DNA of 64,000 nt from the NCBI GenBank assembly GCA_938091905.1, contig CALKOM010000006.1, positions 44,009-108,008 of the forward strand. Reading direction: 5' to 3'. The notes beneath the pieces are model-generated. The model was given only the letters and a program-made list of their open reading frames with translations, had not been told where the DNA came from and did not search any database. This stretch comes from an uncultured Verrucomicrobiales bacterium (GTDB taxonomy: Bacteria > Verrucomicrobiota > Verrucomicrobiia > Verrucomicrobiales > DEV007). Numbering within the stretch: position 1 is the first letter of the stretch; every line of letters begins with the position of its first letter. The position numbers were made by a program, and so were the translations under genes. This document shows positions 31,235 through 41,941 of this stretch, piece by piece.

Positions 31235-33148
31235 TCAATCATCAACGACTTGCGGCTCTACAATATGTAACTTTTGCGTATTCGGTGTGCCCACTTGTTG
31301 CCGCACGCCGCTAGGCCACAGGACTTCCACTTGTGTTGCCTTTGTGTCACCAAGCCCGAAGTAGAGAGGTAACACCCCGTGCGAGAGGTAACCCGTGACG
31401 CCATCGTGCACTTTGGTGTAGGTCTTCGAATTCGTCGTATGCACCTTCACGATCGCCCCGAGGCCATCACGATTGGATTGCGAGCCTTGTAAGGTGATCC
31501 TGAGTGACTGCACCGTGTGCTTCGCCGTCAGATTGCTGACCAAAACCATGGGCCCGTCGCCAAATTCATTGGTGACAATGTCTAGATCGCCGTCGTTCTC
31601 CAAATCAAAGATGGCCGAACTACGCGACCCTAACGCTGCCCATACTTCGACCGGCTTCGTGAGGCTGTGATCTTTCACCAAGCCGTGGTCTTTGTCATCA
31701 CCAGTGGGATCAAGCGTGAACCAAGGCTTCGCAGTGCGCTCGTCCCGACGAGGTTCCACGCCGAGGATGAATTCGGTGTCTAAGAAGGACTGGCCTTGAT
31801 TGTTTAGCAACACACTGTTCACGCCATAGCGGAAAGGGAAATTCATGCTCGCGGTGATGAAGACATCGTTCCAGCCATCCGCATTGAGATCTCCGACTGA
31901 GAGCCCCCAAGGCCAGTAGTTTTCAGTGCCGAGTCTATCAGAGATCTCATCGAAAGCTCCGTCAGCTCGGCCTTGGAAGAAGGTGTTGCCAAAGACGCTA
32001 GCGGCTTTCTCGCCAACCATGGATTCCGGCCAGCGCATCATCGACTTCAGTTTCTCCTGGTTCGGGCCTTGGGCTTCGCTCATGTCTGAATGCATGTCCG
32101 TCACAAAGAGGTCCATGAGGCCATCATTGTTGTAGTCCAAGGATTTGATGCCCATGGCACCCCAGGAGGTCTTTGGGAAGCGTTCCGCCGTGCGGCGCTC
32201 GAAGCGTTTGCCGTTCACGTTCTCGTAGAACTCGTCTGGCCCTTGCATGTTCGTTACGTAGAGATCTGGCCAGCTATCGCCATTCGGATCGATCGGGCTG
32301 GCATCGCCGGTCCAACTCACGTCGTTTAGCTCCATGGCGGCGGACACTTCCTTGAATCGGTTGCCGCCAAGATTGTGATAGAGAAGGCTGCGCTCATTGC
32401 GTTCCTCCGGTTTCAAATGACCGGCAAAGGCGTCATCCACACCGAGGTGGTAGCCACCTTCTCCGCGCTGATCCGGCTTGGTGTAAACGCCCACGTTGCA
32501 GACAAAGAGATCGAGCAGTCCGTCTCTATCGTAGTCAAAGAACACGCCCGCAGAAGAATGTCCCTTGTGGCCAAGTCCGGCTTGTTTGGTGCGATCAGTG
32601 AAACGCCCTTGGCCATCGTTTTCGAAGAAATGATTCCCATCCCGTACGGTGCTGACGAAGAGATCGGGATCGCCATCGTTGTCGGTGTCTGCAAACGAAG
32701 CTGCGACACAAACTTTATTTCCAAGGGCGATGTTAGGCGTGGTGATGTCTTTGAACTTTCCGCCACCGACATTCTTCCAGAGGCCATTGGAGCCGATTTG
32801 GTTGGTGAAGAAGAGATCGATCAAGCCATCGCCATCCACATCAGATGGGGCAATGCCATTTCCGTGATCGTAGTGCACCGGTTTGTGCAGTTTGGCTGAA
32901 TCAGCCACGATCTGGTTCACGAAGGTGATCCCACTTGCGGCTACTTCATCGCTGAACTTAAAGTCATGGTAGACAGCGAACGAAGGGGTGCTGGCTAGCT
33001 GTAGCTGCTTCCGCGCTTCCATCCAATTCGGCTTCATCACGTCTGGAGGATAGGGAAACGGCTCCATTCCCCGAGCGACCGGGACCAGGAAACATGCCAA
33101 TGCGAGCCAGGACTCTAGACTTGGAAAGGGAGAGGTGGCTTGTTTCAA
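31235..33148 (-). CDS. CRTAC1-family FG-GAP + ASPIC/UnbV protein (start uncertain)
   Basis: Multiple DxDxDGxxDL repeats; SNRDGLGAIV...GYLSH...LYFGLG...EVLWPSG. Confidence 0.9.
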   Translation of the reverse strand: MKQATSPFPSLESWLALACFLVPVARGMEPFPYPPDVMKPNWMEARKQLQLASTPSFAVYHDFKFSDEVAASGITFVNQIVADSAKLHKPVHYDHGNGIAPSDVDGDGLIDLFFTNQIGSNGLWKNVGGGKFKDITTPNIALGNKVCVAASFADTDNDGDPDLFVSTVRDGNHFFENDGQGRFTDRTKQAGLGHKGHSSAGVFFDYDRDGLLDLFVCNVGVYTKPDQRGEGGYHLGVDDAFAGHLKPEERNERSLLYHNLGGNRFKEVSAAMELNDVSWTGDASPIDPNGDSWPDLYVTNMQGPDEFYENVNGKRFERRTAERFPKTSWGAMGIKSLDYNNDGLMDLFVTDMHSDMSEAQGPNQEKLKSMMRWPESMVGEKAASVFGNTFFQGRADGAFDEISDRLGTENYWPWGLSVGDLNADGWNDVFITASMNFPFRYGVNSVLLNNQGQSFLDTEFILGVEPRRDERTAKPWFTLDPTGDDKDHGLVKDHSLTKPVEVWAALGSRSSAIFDLENDGDLDIVTNEFGDGPMVLVSNLTAKHTVQSLRITLQGSQSNRDGLGAIVKVHTTNSKTYTKVHDGVTGYLSHGVLPLYFGLGDTKATQVEVLWPSGVRQQVGTPNTQKLHIVEPQVVDD

Positions 33149-36100
33149 TGGGGGATCAGAATAGAACTAACAGTCGCATGCAGTTTCGTCATCCTAGCTC
33201 TCCTTGCGGCGTGTGGCGATGGTGAAAAGGCTGTTTCTGGATCCAAGCGCCGTGATTCGCCAGCTCCTCGCAAGGCAGAGATCACTTTCGGGGAAATGGG
33301 CATTCAAGGGCCGAGCGATAGCCGCGATTGGCCAACAGAAAGCTTCACGGAGCAAGCGAACAAGCAGCTATTTCGACTGAAGGCCTACTTCAAAGGACAG
33401 GCGGATTGGCCAGCCGACATGGTTTCAAAGGCGGTTGCTGACACGGTGTTGCGCCCATCCGCTCTGCAGACAGTTCTCGAAGATGACCACTTCTACATTC
33501 AGCGGGGAACGGGCGGAGATGGCGATACTCTGAGGGATCTTGCCGCTCCCTATCAATCAGAATCTCGGCACGCCAAGTTCAAGATATTTGATGTCCGGCA
33601 GGAATCCAGGAGGGTTCAGACGAAGATCGCTGCGAGTTTGTCAGGGAAGACGGATCGTGGTTCGCAACAAGAGACCTCGACTTGGGAGGTAGCGTGGTCA
33701 CTCGATTCTGACCCGCAGATACTGATCATCGAGCTTCAAGAGTATGAGGTGAGCCTAACGAAACGCTCGCAAACAGGAAGCGCGTTTCAGGATGCGACTG
33801 AGGCGGTGTTTAAAGACGTGGCCGCTTATGGCGATCAGTTAGCCTATGGGGTCGATCACTGGGCGACGCGAATCGAAGCCGCTTTCGGCATTGGTGTGTC
33901 CGGTTGGGAAGGTCTCGCCTTGGGTGATGCGAATGGCGACGGCCTCGACGATCTCTACGTGTGTCAACCCGGCGGATTGCCAAACCGCCTCTTTATAAGG
34001 AAGCCGGACGGCACGGTGTTTGATGCTTCATCCTTCGCTGGCGTCGATTGGCGTCTGCAGACGCAGTCCGCTCTCTTTGTGGATTTGGACAACGATCATG
34101 ACCAAGACCTTGTTCTCGGCACGACTTTGGGCTTGATCCTCATGGCGAACGACGGTCGCGGCACGTTCACGGTGAAAGCTAGCCAGTTGATTCCGGAAGG
34201 TGCAGCCATGAGTTTATCGAGTGCTGACTTCGATCTCGATGGGGATTTGGATATCTACGTTACCAGTTATTCTCGCCGCCGCAGCATGAGTGGCGGGACA
34301 ACGTTGTTAGGGCGTCCAATGCCTTATCACGATGCCAACAACGGCAGTCGCAACGTTCTCTTTCGCAATGATCGGGAGTGGAAATTTAACAATGCGACAG
34401 TGGAGCTCGGGTTGGATGAGAACAACAGGCGGTTCAGTTTCGCAGCCTCCTGGGAGGACTACGACAACGATGGCGACCCTGATCTCTATGTGGCGAATGA
34501 CTACGGTCGCAACAATCTCTATCGCAATGACAGGGATGAAGAAGGGTGTCATCAATTCGTCGATGTGGCCGCGCAAGCCGGCGTCGAAGATATCTCCGCA
34601 GGCATGTCCGTCTCTTGGGGTGACTATGATGCGGATGGTTGGATGGATCTGTATGTAAGCAACATGTGGTCTTCAGCGGGAAACCGCGTGGCCTATCAGA
34701 GGCAGTTTCAATCGGGAGCTGACGCAGAAACATTGGTGGCGATGCAGCGGCATGCGCGAGGCAATTCCCTCTTCAGAAACTTGGGTGATGGAACCTTTCA
34801 GGATGTGAGTGTGCATCAAGGTGTCACTCTGGGTCGTTGGGCATGGGGTTCGCGCTTCGTGGATCTGAACAGTGACGGCTGGGAAGATTTGTTCGTCGCG
34901 AACGGTTTCATCACCCAGCCGGATGACTCCGGTGACTTGTGAAGCTTCTACTGGCGCCAGGTCGTGGCGCAATCGCCGGTCGACGAAGTTCGCCCGGAAG
35001 AGGCTAAGGACTACCTGGGGAATTGGGACGCTCTCAGTACGATGATCACGCGAGGGCGCTCCTTCAGTGGTCGCGAACGTCACTGCGCCTTTCTCAATAC
35101 GCGAGGCCAATCGTTCGCAAATGTGTCAGGTGGAACGGGGCTCGATCTCATCGATGATGGCCGTGGCCTAGCTGTGTGCGATTGGGACAACGATGGTGAT
35201 CTCGATCTTTGGATAACCCAGCGCAATGGGCCCCGAGTCCGTTTCTTGCGCAATGAGCTTTCTGAGAATGTGAATGCGTTGTCTGTTCGTTTAGAAGGCG
35301 CTACTTGCAACCGCGATGCCATTGGTGCTCGGGTTCTTGCGGAGACATCGAGTGGCCGGAAGCTTGTACGCACGTTGCGAGCAGGCGATAGCTTTCTTAG
35401 TCAATCTAGCAAACTCCTACACTTTGGGCTGGCCTCAAGCGAAACGGTTCTCTCACTCGCGGTGAGCTGGCCAGGGGAAACCCAACCCGAAACCTTTCCT
35501 ATAGATGGCATGAGCGCCTGTCTCCTCGTGCAAGGGGCGGGAGTTTCTAAACCCGAAGACCGCAAACGATCTCCAGAGCCGCTGGCGAGTTCGGTTCCAA
35601 AGGCACCTGATTCTCCGGACAGTTGGCGCTTGGTGCTCTTGCATCGGAAAGAGTTGCCCGAGATCAAGTATGTAGATTTCGAAGGCGATCTGAGGGCGCT
35701 CGAACCCAATGGTCCAACGTTGGTCACCCTATGGGCGAGTTGGTGCGCTCCATGTCTGAAAGAGTTAACAGCTCTTGCCGAAGCTGAAGAGACGTTTGGG
35801 GCGAAGAACCTCAGGATCGTCGCACTCTGTACGGATGCGCTGGTGGACGGCGATGCCAGAGCAGATTTCGGTCCAGCCAAGGCTTTGGTGGCCAAATCTG
35901 GCTATCCGTTTGACCTTGGATTGGTCGATGCCGGTGGGGCTCAAGCGCTGTCAGGGATCCACTACCGCACGCTCGCGGTGCAACGGCCTTTATCCCTGCC
36001 CTCAAGTTTCCTAACGGACGCGTCAGGTCGAATTGGCGTTCTCTATCAGGGACCAGTCAGCGTGGATCAATTGCTTGCGGACATTGATCTGCTAGGATCA

Positions 36101-36946
36101 TCTGGAAACGTAATTGAAGCCGCCGCCTTTCCATTTCCAGGTCGCAACGGCGTCGAGCACTTCACGTTGACACCGTTGACCTTTGCCCAAGCGTACCACA
36201 CCAGTGGGGACAGTGATGCCGCTCGTGCCTATCTCAGCGAACAATTGGCTGAACGCGAAGGAACGCTGAAAGAACTCTACTTCCTCGGCACCTTAGAACA
36301 GTCACAAGGCCACTGGGAAGCCGCTGTGGTTGCTTATGGGAAAGTGCTTAAACGTTCCCCTCAGCATCCTGCGATCCGTGTCCCTCTGGGCGTGGCCCTT
36401 TGGAAGACTGGTCGCTTATCCGAAGCCAAGGAGCACTTCAATGTGGCCGAGGCTCTCGGTCCCGAAAGACCAGCTGTCTGGGCGGAGCTCGGTCGTGCCC
36501 ATCTTCAGATAGGTTTGCCCGCAGACGCGGTGACCTATTTCAACAAAGGCGGTCATCGCCAATTCGCTGCCAAAGCCTTGTTGGCGGCTGGTCAAGGGAA
36601 GCGGGCTGTAGCGATTTATGAAACGCTGTTGAAAGAGAATCCACAAGCTCACCAAGTGAAGAATGATCTCGCCTGGATCCTGGCAACACATCCAGAGATT
36701 TCGGTTAGAAATGCAAAGCGTGCACTCGACTTGGCAAATCAGTTAGCAAAGCTCTCGGGATTTCGAGATTTGTATGTCCTTGATACCCTGAGCGCTGCTC
36801 AAGCGAATACGGGAAATTTTGAAGAAGCGATCAAGCAGGCGACGACGGCCCGTCGGCTGGCACGGGCCGTCGGCCTCACCAAGCTGGCGGAAGAGATGAG
36901 CGACCGGCTTCGAGCCTATCGAAGCAAACAGCCTTTCCGGAAGTAA
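33140..36946 (+). CDS. FG-GAP / ASPIC-UnbV / TlpA-like redoxin / TPR lipoprotein, one frame with an internal TGA at 34940-34942 (candidate selenoprotein; otherwise two CDS 33140-34942 and ~34964-36946)
   Basis: LAAC lipobox; FG-GAP repeats on both sides of ...SGDL*SFYWRQVV...; NRDAIGARV...SQSS...HFGL; WASWCAPC; TPR-like helices. Coding status is secure, readthrough is inferred. Confidence 0.7.
34943..34990 (+). promoter_or_regulatory. Candidate bacterial SECIS hairpin
   Basis: 11 nt after TGA: GCGCCA-GGTCG-TGGCGC; lower pairings ACTG/CGGT and AGCTTC/GAAGTT. Confidence 0.55.
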
Positions 36947-37286
36947 AACGCCGAGGTCAGCTCGATTTGATGAGCTCGTTATAGCTGAAAATAGTTCTTT
37001 GATTGAGCAATGGTAAGTACGGCAATGGTCGAGAAGGTTCTTACGTGGTTCCATGGCCCCAGCTGGCGACGTAGGGCTGCGACTTTGGGAAGTTCTCGGG
37101 GAGTTCAAGGTCGAGCGCTGCGAGTTTGTTATGGAGCGGCACATTGATCGATAGCATAGCCGCGCTGCTTTGGTTGGAGTTTGCATGAATACAATGATTC
37201 GCTCTTAAAGCGTAACAGGCCGTTCTCTTGAGCGCCACGGCTCTTCGTAAGATTGCTGACGTTTGGAATACATATTGGTTGAAAAT

Positions 37287-37302
37287 GCCGACATTTGTCA
37301 GC
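37287..37302. promoter_or_regulatory. Putative BlaI/CopY-type operator
   Basis: Imperfect palindrome GCCGACA-TT-TGTCAGC just after TTGAAA (37279-37284), 13 nt upstream of the regulator ATG. Confidence 0.55.
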
Positions 37303-37315
37303 ATGAGTCTTTCCT

Positions 37316-37723
37316 ATGACGAAACGGCAACCGTTGTCAGATGGCGAAACCGAGCTGATGAAGTCCGTGTGGACGCTTGTAGAAGCTACTGTTCCGAATC
37401 TTGTGTTGGCGCTCAATAAGCGGCGGCAGGAAGATCCCATCACTCGTGGGACAATTCAGGTCTTGCTGAATCGGATTGAAGCGAAAGGATGGCTCAACCG
37501 AAAGAAGGTAGGCCGCGGCTACGTCTATGAGGCTAGTGTATCCGAAGCGGATGGACTTGCTGAACTAGCATCACAGTTTCGAGCTAAAGTTTTTGATGGG
37601 TCTTTCCTCCGCTTAGTGCAATCGCTAGTAAATGCGAATGGCCTGAAGAAAGAGGACATCGCTCATCTGCGTGCGCTTCTTGATCGAACAGAAGCCTCTC
37701 TCAAAGAAAGGAAAGGCAAATGA
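37316..37723 (+). CDS. BlaI/MecI/CopY family transcriptional repressor
   Basis: LSDGETELMKSVW...TIQVLLNRIEAKGWL...GRGYVY...FDGS. Confidence 0.92.
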   Translation: MTKRQPLSDGETELMKSVWTLVEATVPNLVLALNKRRQEDPITRGTIQVLLNRIEAKGWLNRKKVGRGYVYEASVSEADGLAELASQFRAKVFDGSFLRLVQSLVNANGLKKEDIAHLRALLDRTEASLKERKGK

Positions 37724-38382
37724 TCGACTCAATATTCTAGCGGTTTTCAGAGCACAGCGTGGCGCTTGCGCTCGGACCCTTTCTTCTCGTGGCGGTAGCC
37801 GCGCCTGCGCTGCGATATGCGAACAGGCCTTCAATAGCGGCCAGGGCTCTTGTGCCTATTCTTCTAGCGGCTCCATTGTTGCTCTTGTTAGTTGATTCTG
37901 TAGCTCCGCCTGATTCGGCACTTTTCATGGCAGCAGTAGATACGGTCGCTCTTGGTGAAGCTGAGACTTCAAAACTATCAGCAAATGGAGTCGTAAATCG
38001 AATCGTGATCGGAGCTGCACCAAAGCTGATCGATTGGCTGGGCATGATGCTCGTGACCTGGTCCGTAGGTAGTTTATTGGGGCTGATCTGCTTGGGACGA
38101 GATCTCTTTCGTCTACACCAGCATTTCAAAGGGCTGCAGGAACTTCCTGATAGTGACGCTGCGAAGCTAACAGTCGACGTCGCCACCCATCTTCTTTATT
38201 GTATGTCTGTTATTAATACTTGCTCGTTCTGTTTTTGTAAACGTCTCCCCACTGTGCCGTGCAATCTGATTGCGGAAACGCCGTCTGCTCAGCTCGATTG
38301 TATCGTGTGGCATGAAGAGAGTCCTCTCTGTCCCCGATACGTGCAGTTCATGGACTGGAGATATGGATCGGAGATCGCGTGA
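37720..38382 (+). pseudogene. Decayed BlaR1/M56-like sensor
   Basis: ATGA overlap with the repressor stop; in-frame TAG at 37738-37740; TM segments; HExxH eroded to 'IVWHEESP'. Confidence 0.6.
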
Positions 38383-38399
38383 CGAAGGCGGTGATTCAG

Positions 38400-39359
38400 A
38401 AGCGTGTCGAAGTGCGGGTGACGAAGTGCATGTGACCTTGCGTTACACGGCGTATTTGCATCCGGTGGACGGCACCTATGAGTATGTTTACCCGACTGTT
38501 GTCGGGCCTCGCTATGTGAGTGATCGGGGGGCTGATGATCAGTTGCAGGAAGGTTGGGTGTCGAATCCTTAACTCCAGGAGAGCGAGCGTTCTCTGACCA
38601 CGGTGGCTCTGAAGGTAACGTTGAACGCGGGTATGTCGTTGCAACAAGTGGCGTCCACAAGCCATGACGTGAAGGTGGGCTACAAGAACAAGACCTCTAC
38701 CGTGGTGACAGTGGATGGTGAAGCGACGGAAGTTGGCAATCGAGACTTTATCCTGCGCTAGCAGTTGAGTGGGAGAGAGATTGCTCCTGGTTTGCTAGTG
38801 CACGAAGCCGAGAAGGGGGGATGCCTTGGGCGAGAACTTCTTCTTGCTAACCGTACAACCACCGAAACGTGTCAAGCCAGAGCAGATCGTGCCTCGGTAT
38901 GATGTTGGTGTCAGGAATTGCTCCGGCTCGATGCGGAGATTCTTTCTTGATGTGAGCAAAGCCCTTCTCACGCGTTTGCTGGGAAGTATAAAACGCCATG
39001 AGACCTTCAATGTGCTGCTCTTTGCTAGGAGTTCGCAGGCTTTCGTAGAGATTTCTGTAGCTGCGAATGCTAAGAACATCATCCGTGCCCTGAAGTTCAT
39101 TGACCGGCAAGGCCGTGGCGGCACCGAGTTGCTGTCTGCCTTGGATGATGCTTTTTGTCTGCCTGGTGCGGAAGGGCATGCGTGGTCTGTCGTGGTCGTC
39201 GCGGATGGCTTTGTCACGGTGGAGCGATAGGCCTTTGCCTATGTGGACTGTGCTCTCGCTCAGGGAAACCTCTTCGCCTTTGGAATTGGCTCAAGCGTGA
39301 AGCGGCATTTGATAGAAGGACTCGTTCACGCCGGGTGAGGAGAGCCTTTCACCATGACG
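38400..39359 (+). pseudogene. VIT + vWA domain protein remnant
   Basis: YEYVYPTVVGPRY, GNRDFILRYQL, GENFFLLTVQPP, FNVLLF, GGTELL, NLFAFGIGSSV spread over several frames with internal stops. Confidence 0.8.
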
Positions 39360-39577
39360 AGCAGGAATCCTTTTTCCTCAGTGACTTCGCGCATGAGCCG
39401 GATGCTTGGGTGGCCGTTCGTGCCGTGGTAGTAGATGATGGCGGGCCATTTCTCGGATGATGGGGCGTCGGGTTTCCAGAGGGGTAACTCGGTTTCCTGG
39501 TCTGGCCAAGGAAGGATGAGCAGTTCCGCCGATACGCTATAGATCGAAAGCCAAAGGAGCACCAGGCAGAAATGCAT
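39326..39577 (-). pseudogene. 3'-truncated secreted esterase-like (alpha/beta hydrolase) fragment
   Basis: Signal peptide then WPAIIYYHGTNG...GFLLV; ends abruptly inside the antisense vWA remnant. Confidence 0.55.
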
Positions 39578-39623
39578 ACGGCGACTGTAGCGTTCTCTAC
39601 CGAGGGTGGCAAATGCAGGGGTG

Positions 39624-40574
39624 CTACTCTTCGATGAAGAGTTGCTTCTGACGTCGCCGAAGGTGGCGGTCTTTGGGGAGGTTGACCTTGGCGGTCTCTG
39701 TGTCAGGGAGGATAAGCGTGCGAGCGCGTTCGATGAGATCGAAATCAACATTGCTCACCTTCTGACCTTTCATCCAGAGGAAGAGTAGGCGTCTTTGTAA
39801 GGCGAGCGGTAGTCTACGGAGGTTGGGGACGGAGAGTGTGGTTTGCTCTGCATCGGCTTGAACGAGGCTGTCCAAGTAATCGCTCTCTGCGGACGTTTGC
39901 TCGGCGAGCCTGGCGACGGCCGTGCGAACATCGCGTTTAAAGGTATCCGCGAGTTGAGGAATCAACTCGTGCCTGACACGGTTGCGAAGAAAGGTGCGGT
40001 CGTCGTTGGAAGCGTCCTCACGGAACGGCCATTTCTCTTGGGAGGCTTGCTCAAGGATTTCGCTGCGCCAGATGCCTAGCAAGGGGCGATAGATTTCCAG
40101 GCGCTTCTTGCCGATGGTTTGGGTGGAGGCTTCGCGCATGCCTCCGAGACCGCTGGATCCTGCGCCGCGGAAGAGGCTCATGAGGACGCTCTCGACCTGA
40201 TCGTCGGCATGGTGAGCGAGAAAGAGGCGAGGACAGCGATGCTCCCGCGCTACTTGGGTAAAGAACGCGTAGCGGGCAGTTCTAGCAGCGGTTTCGATCG
40301 ATTGCTTGCTGGCTTTGGCAAGTTTGGTGACGTTCTCGCGGGCGATGACGGCTGTGTAGTCCAACCGCTCTGCGAGTTTCCTGACAAACGTGGCATCTGC
40401 GGTGGATGCCCGGCCGCGCAGGCCATGGTTGAGATGGGCGACGACGAGCTTGCGATAGCCCAACTCATGAAGCAGGCGCAGGAGGACAACTGAATCGGCA
40501 CCGCCAGAGACTCCGATGAGGTAGCGGCGAGTGACCGCATGCTGTTCAGGGAGTTGGCGCAGCGCCTCAATCAC
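39624..40574 (-). CDS. tilS: tRNA(Ile)-lysidine synthase
   Basis: GVSGGADS, HLNHGLRG, ARTARY, AHHADDQVE, RPLL, RNRVR; start set to the GTG just after the serS stop. Confidence 0.95.
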   Translation of the reverse strand: MIEALRQLPEQHAVTRRYLIGVSGGADSVVLLRLLHELGYRKLVVAHLNHGLRGRASTADATFVRKLAERLDYTAVIARENVTKLAKASKQSIETAARTARYAFFTQVAREHRCPRLFLAHHADDQVESVLMSLFRGAGSSGLGGMREASTQTIGKKRLEIYRPLLGIWRSEILEQASQEKWPFREDASNDDRTFLRNRVRHELIPQLADTFKRDVRTAVARLAEQTSAESDYLDSLVQADAEQTTLSVPNLRRLPLALQRRLLFLWMKGQKVSNVDFDLIERARTLILPDTETAKVNLPKDRHLRRRQKQLFIEE

Positions 40575-40582
40575 GAGCCAAA

Positions 40583-41860
40583 CTAACGGATCTCCGTAGC
40601 CCCCCGAAGGTAAGGTTGGAGTGGCTCTGGGATCTTGATAGAGCCGTCTGGCTGTTGCCACGTCTCGACGAGCGCGACGTATAAACGTGGAAGCGCGAGG
40701 CCGGAACCGTTTAAGGTGTGGCAGAAGCGATTTTTCTTCGTCTCGGCGTCCTTGAAGCGCAGGTTCATGCGGCGCGCTTGGTAGTCGTAGAAATTGCTAC
40801 AGCTGGAAACTTCAAGGTAACCGTTGTGGCCGGGAGCCCAGACTTCGAGATCGTAGGTCTTGGCGGCAGAGAAACCGAGATCACCCGTGCAGAGCTCGAT
40901 CACGCGATAATGAAGCCCTAACAGTTGCAGGGCTTTCTCGGCATGACCGGTGAGGTCCTCGAGTGCTTGAGTGGAGTTGTCAGGGTGGGTCATTTGCACG
41001 AGCTCCACCTTGTCAAACTGGTGCATGCGGATGAGACCCTTGCTTTCACGGCCGGCAGAACCTGCTTCGCGGCGGAAGCAAGGGGTGTGGGCTGTGTATT
41101 TGATGGGAAGGTCCGCTTCGGGAACTATTTCTTCACGGCGTAGGTTGGTCACGGGGACCTCTGCCGTGGGCGCGAGAAAGAAGGCGCCGCCTTCGAGATC
41201 GTACATGTCGTCCTCGAATTTAGGGAGCTGACCGGTGCCGAACATGCATTCGCGACGCACGAGGTAGGGCGGGCTGATTTCGGTATAGCCGTGCTCTTCG
41301 GTTTGCAGGTCGAGGAGAAACTGAATGAGCGCACGCTGCAGGCGAGCGCCTTTGCCTGTGAAGACGACATAGCCCGAGCCGGAGAGGGTGGCTCCTGCTT
41401 CGAAATCAAACAGGCCCAACTCACTGCCTAGGGTGACGTGATCTTTGAGATCTTCCGTGTGTGGCTTGGCATCGCCCCAGGTGCGTGTTTCTGGATTGGC
41501 CGTTTCGTCTTGGCCGACCGGGCAATCCGCATGAGGCATGTTCGGAATGCTCAGGAGGACATCGCGTTGTTGGGTCTCTGATTCTAGCACTTGCTCGTCG
41601 AGTGCTTTGATCGATTCGCCAATCGTCCTGACATTGGCTTCGATTTCAGAGGTGTCCTGACCATCCTTACGCAACTTGCCGATTTCCTTGCTCGTTTGAT
41701 TGCGTTCTTGCTGCAATTCTTGGCGCTTGGTCTCAGCCTGACGGCGTGTTTGGTCGAAGGCGAGGACTTCATCGACAAGGCCAGGATAGTCTCCGCCACG
41801 TGTTTTCACACGGGCTTTCACCTCCTCTGGTTGGTCGCGGAGTAGTCGGATATCGAGCAT
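40583..41860 (-). CDS. serS: Serine--tRNA ligase
   Basis: MLDIRLLR start; GTGQLPKF, PTAEVP, FRREAGS, RMHQFDKVE, EVSSCSN, HTLNGSGLA. Confidence 0.98.
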   Translation of the reverse strand: MLDIRLLRDQPEEVKARVKTRGGDYPGLVDEVLAFDQTRRQAETKRQELQQERNQTSKEIGKLRKDGQDTSEIEANVRTIGESIKALDEQVLESETQQRDVLLSIPNMPHADCPVGQDETANPETRTWGDAKPHTEDLKDHVTLGSELGLFDFEAGATLSGSGYVVFTGKGARLQRALIQFLLDLQTEEHGYTEISPPYLVRRECMFGTGQLPKFEDDMYDLEGGAFFLAPTAEVPVTNLRREEIVPEADLPIKYTAHTPCFRREAGSAGRESKGLIRMHQFDKVELVQMTHPDNSTQALEDLTGHAEKALQLLGLHYRVIELCTGDLGFSAAKTYDLEVWAPGHNGYLEVSSCSNFYDYQARRMNLRFKDAETKKNRFCHTLNGSGLALPRLYVALVETWQQPDGSIKIPEPLQPYLRGATEIR

Positions 41861-41941
41861 GCGCGACCGTAGCTTATGGCCTTCAAAAGGAAAGCCGTTT
41901 TCCGGCGAGACCCTAGGCAGGACATGCGCTAGACTGGGCCC

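Noticed and set aside
34940..34942. Genome-wide UGA reassignment
   Set aside because: TGA acts as an ordinary stop for several clear genes here (e.g. 37721-37723, 57507-57509, 63614-63616)
40583..41860. serS proximity as support for the selenocysteine hypothesis
   Set aside because: SerRS charges tRNA-Sec but is universal; being ~4 kb away is not evidence
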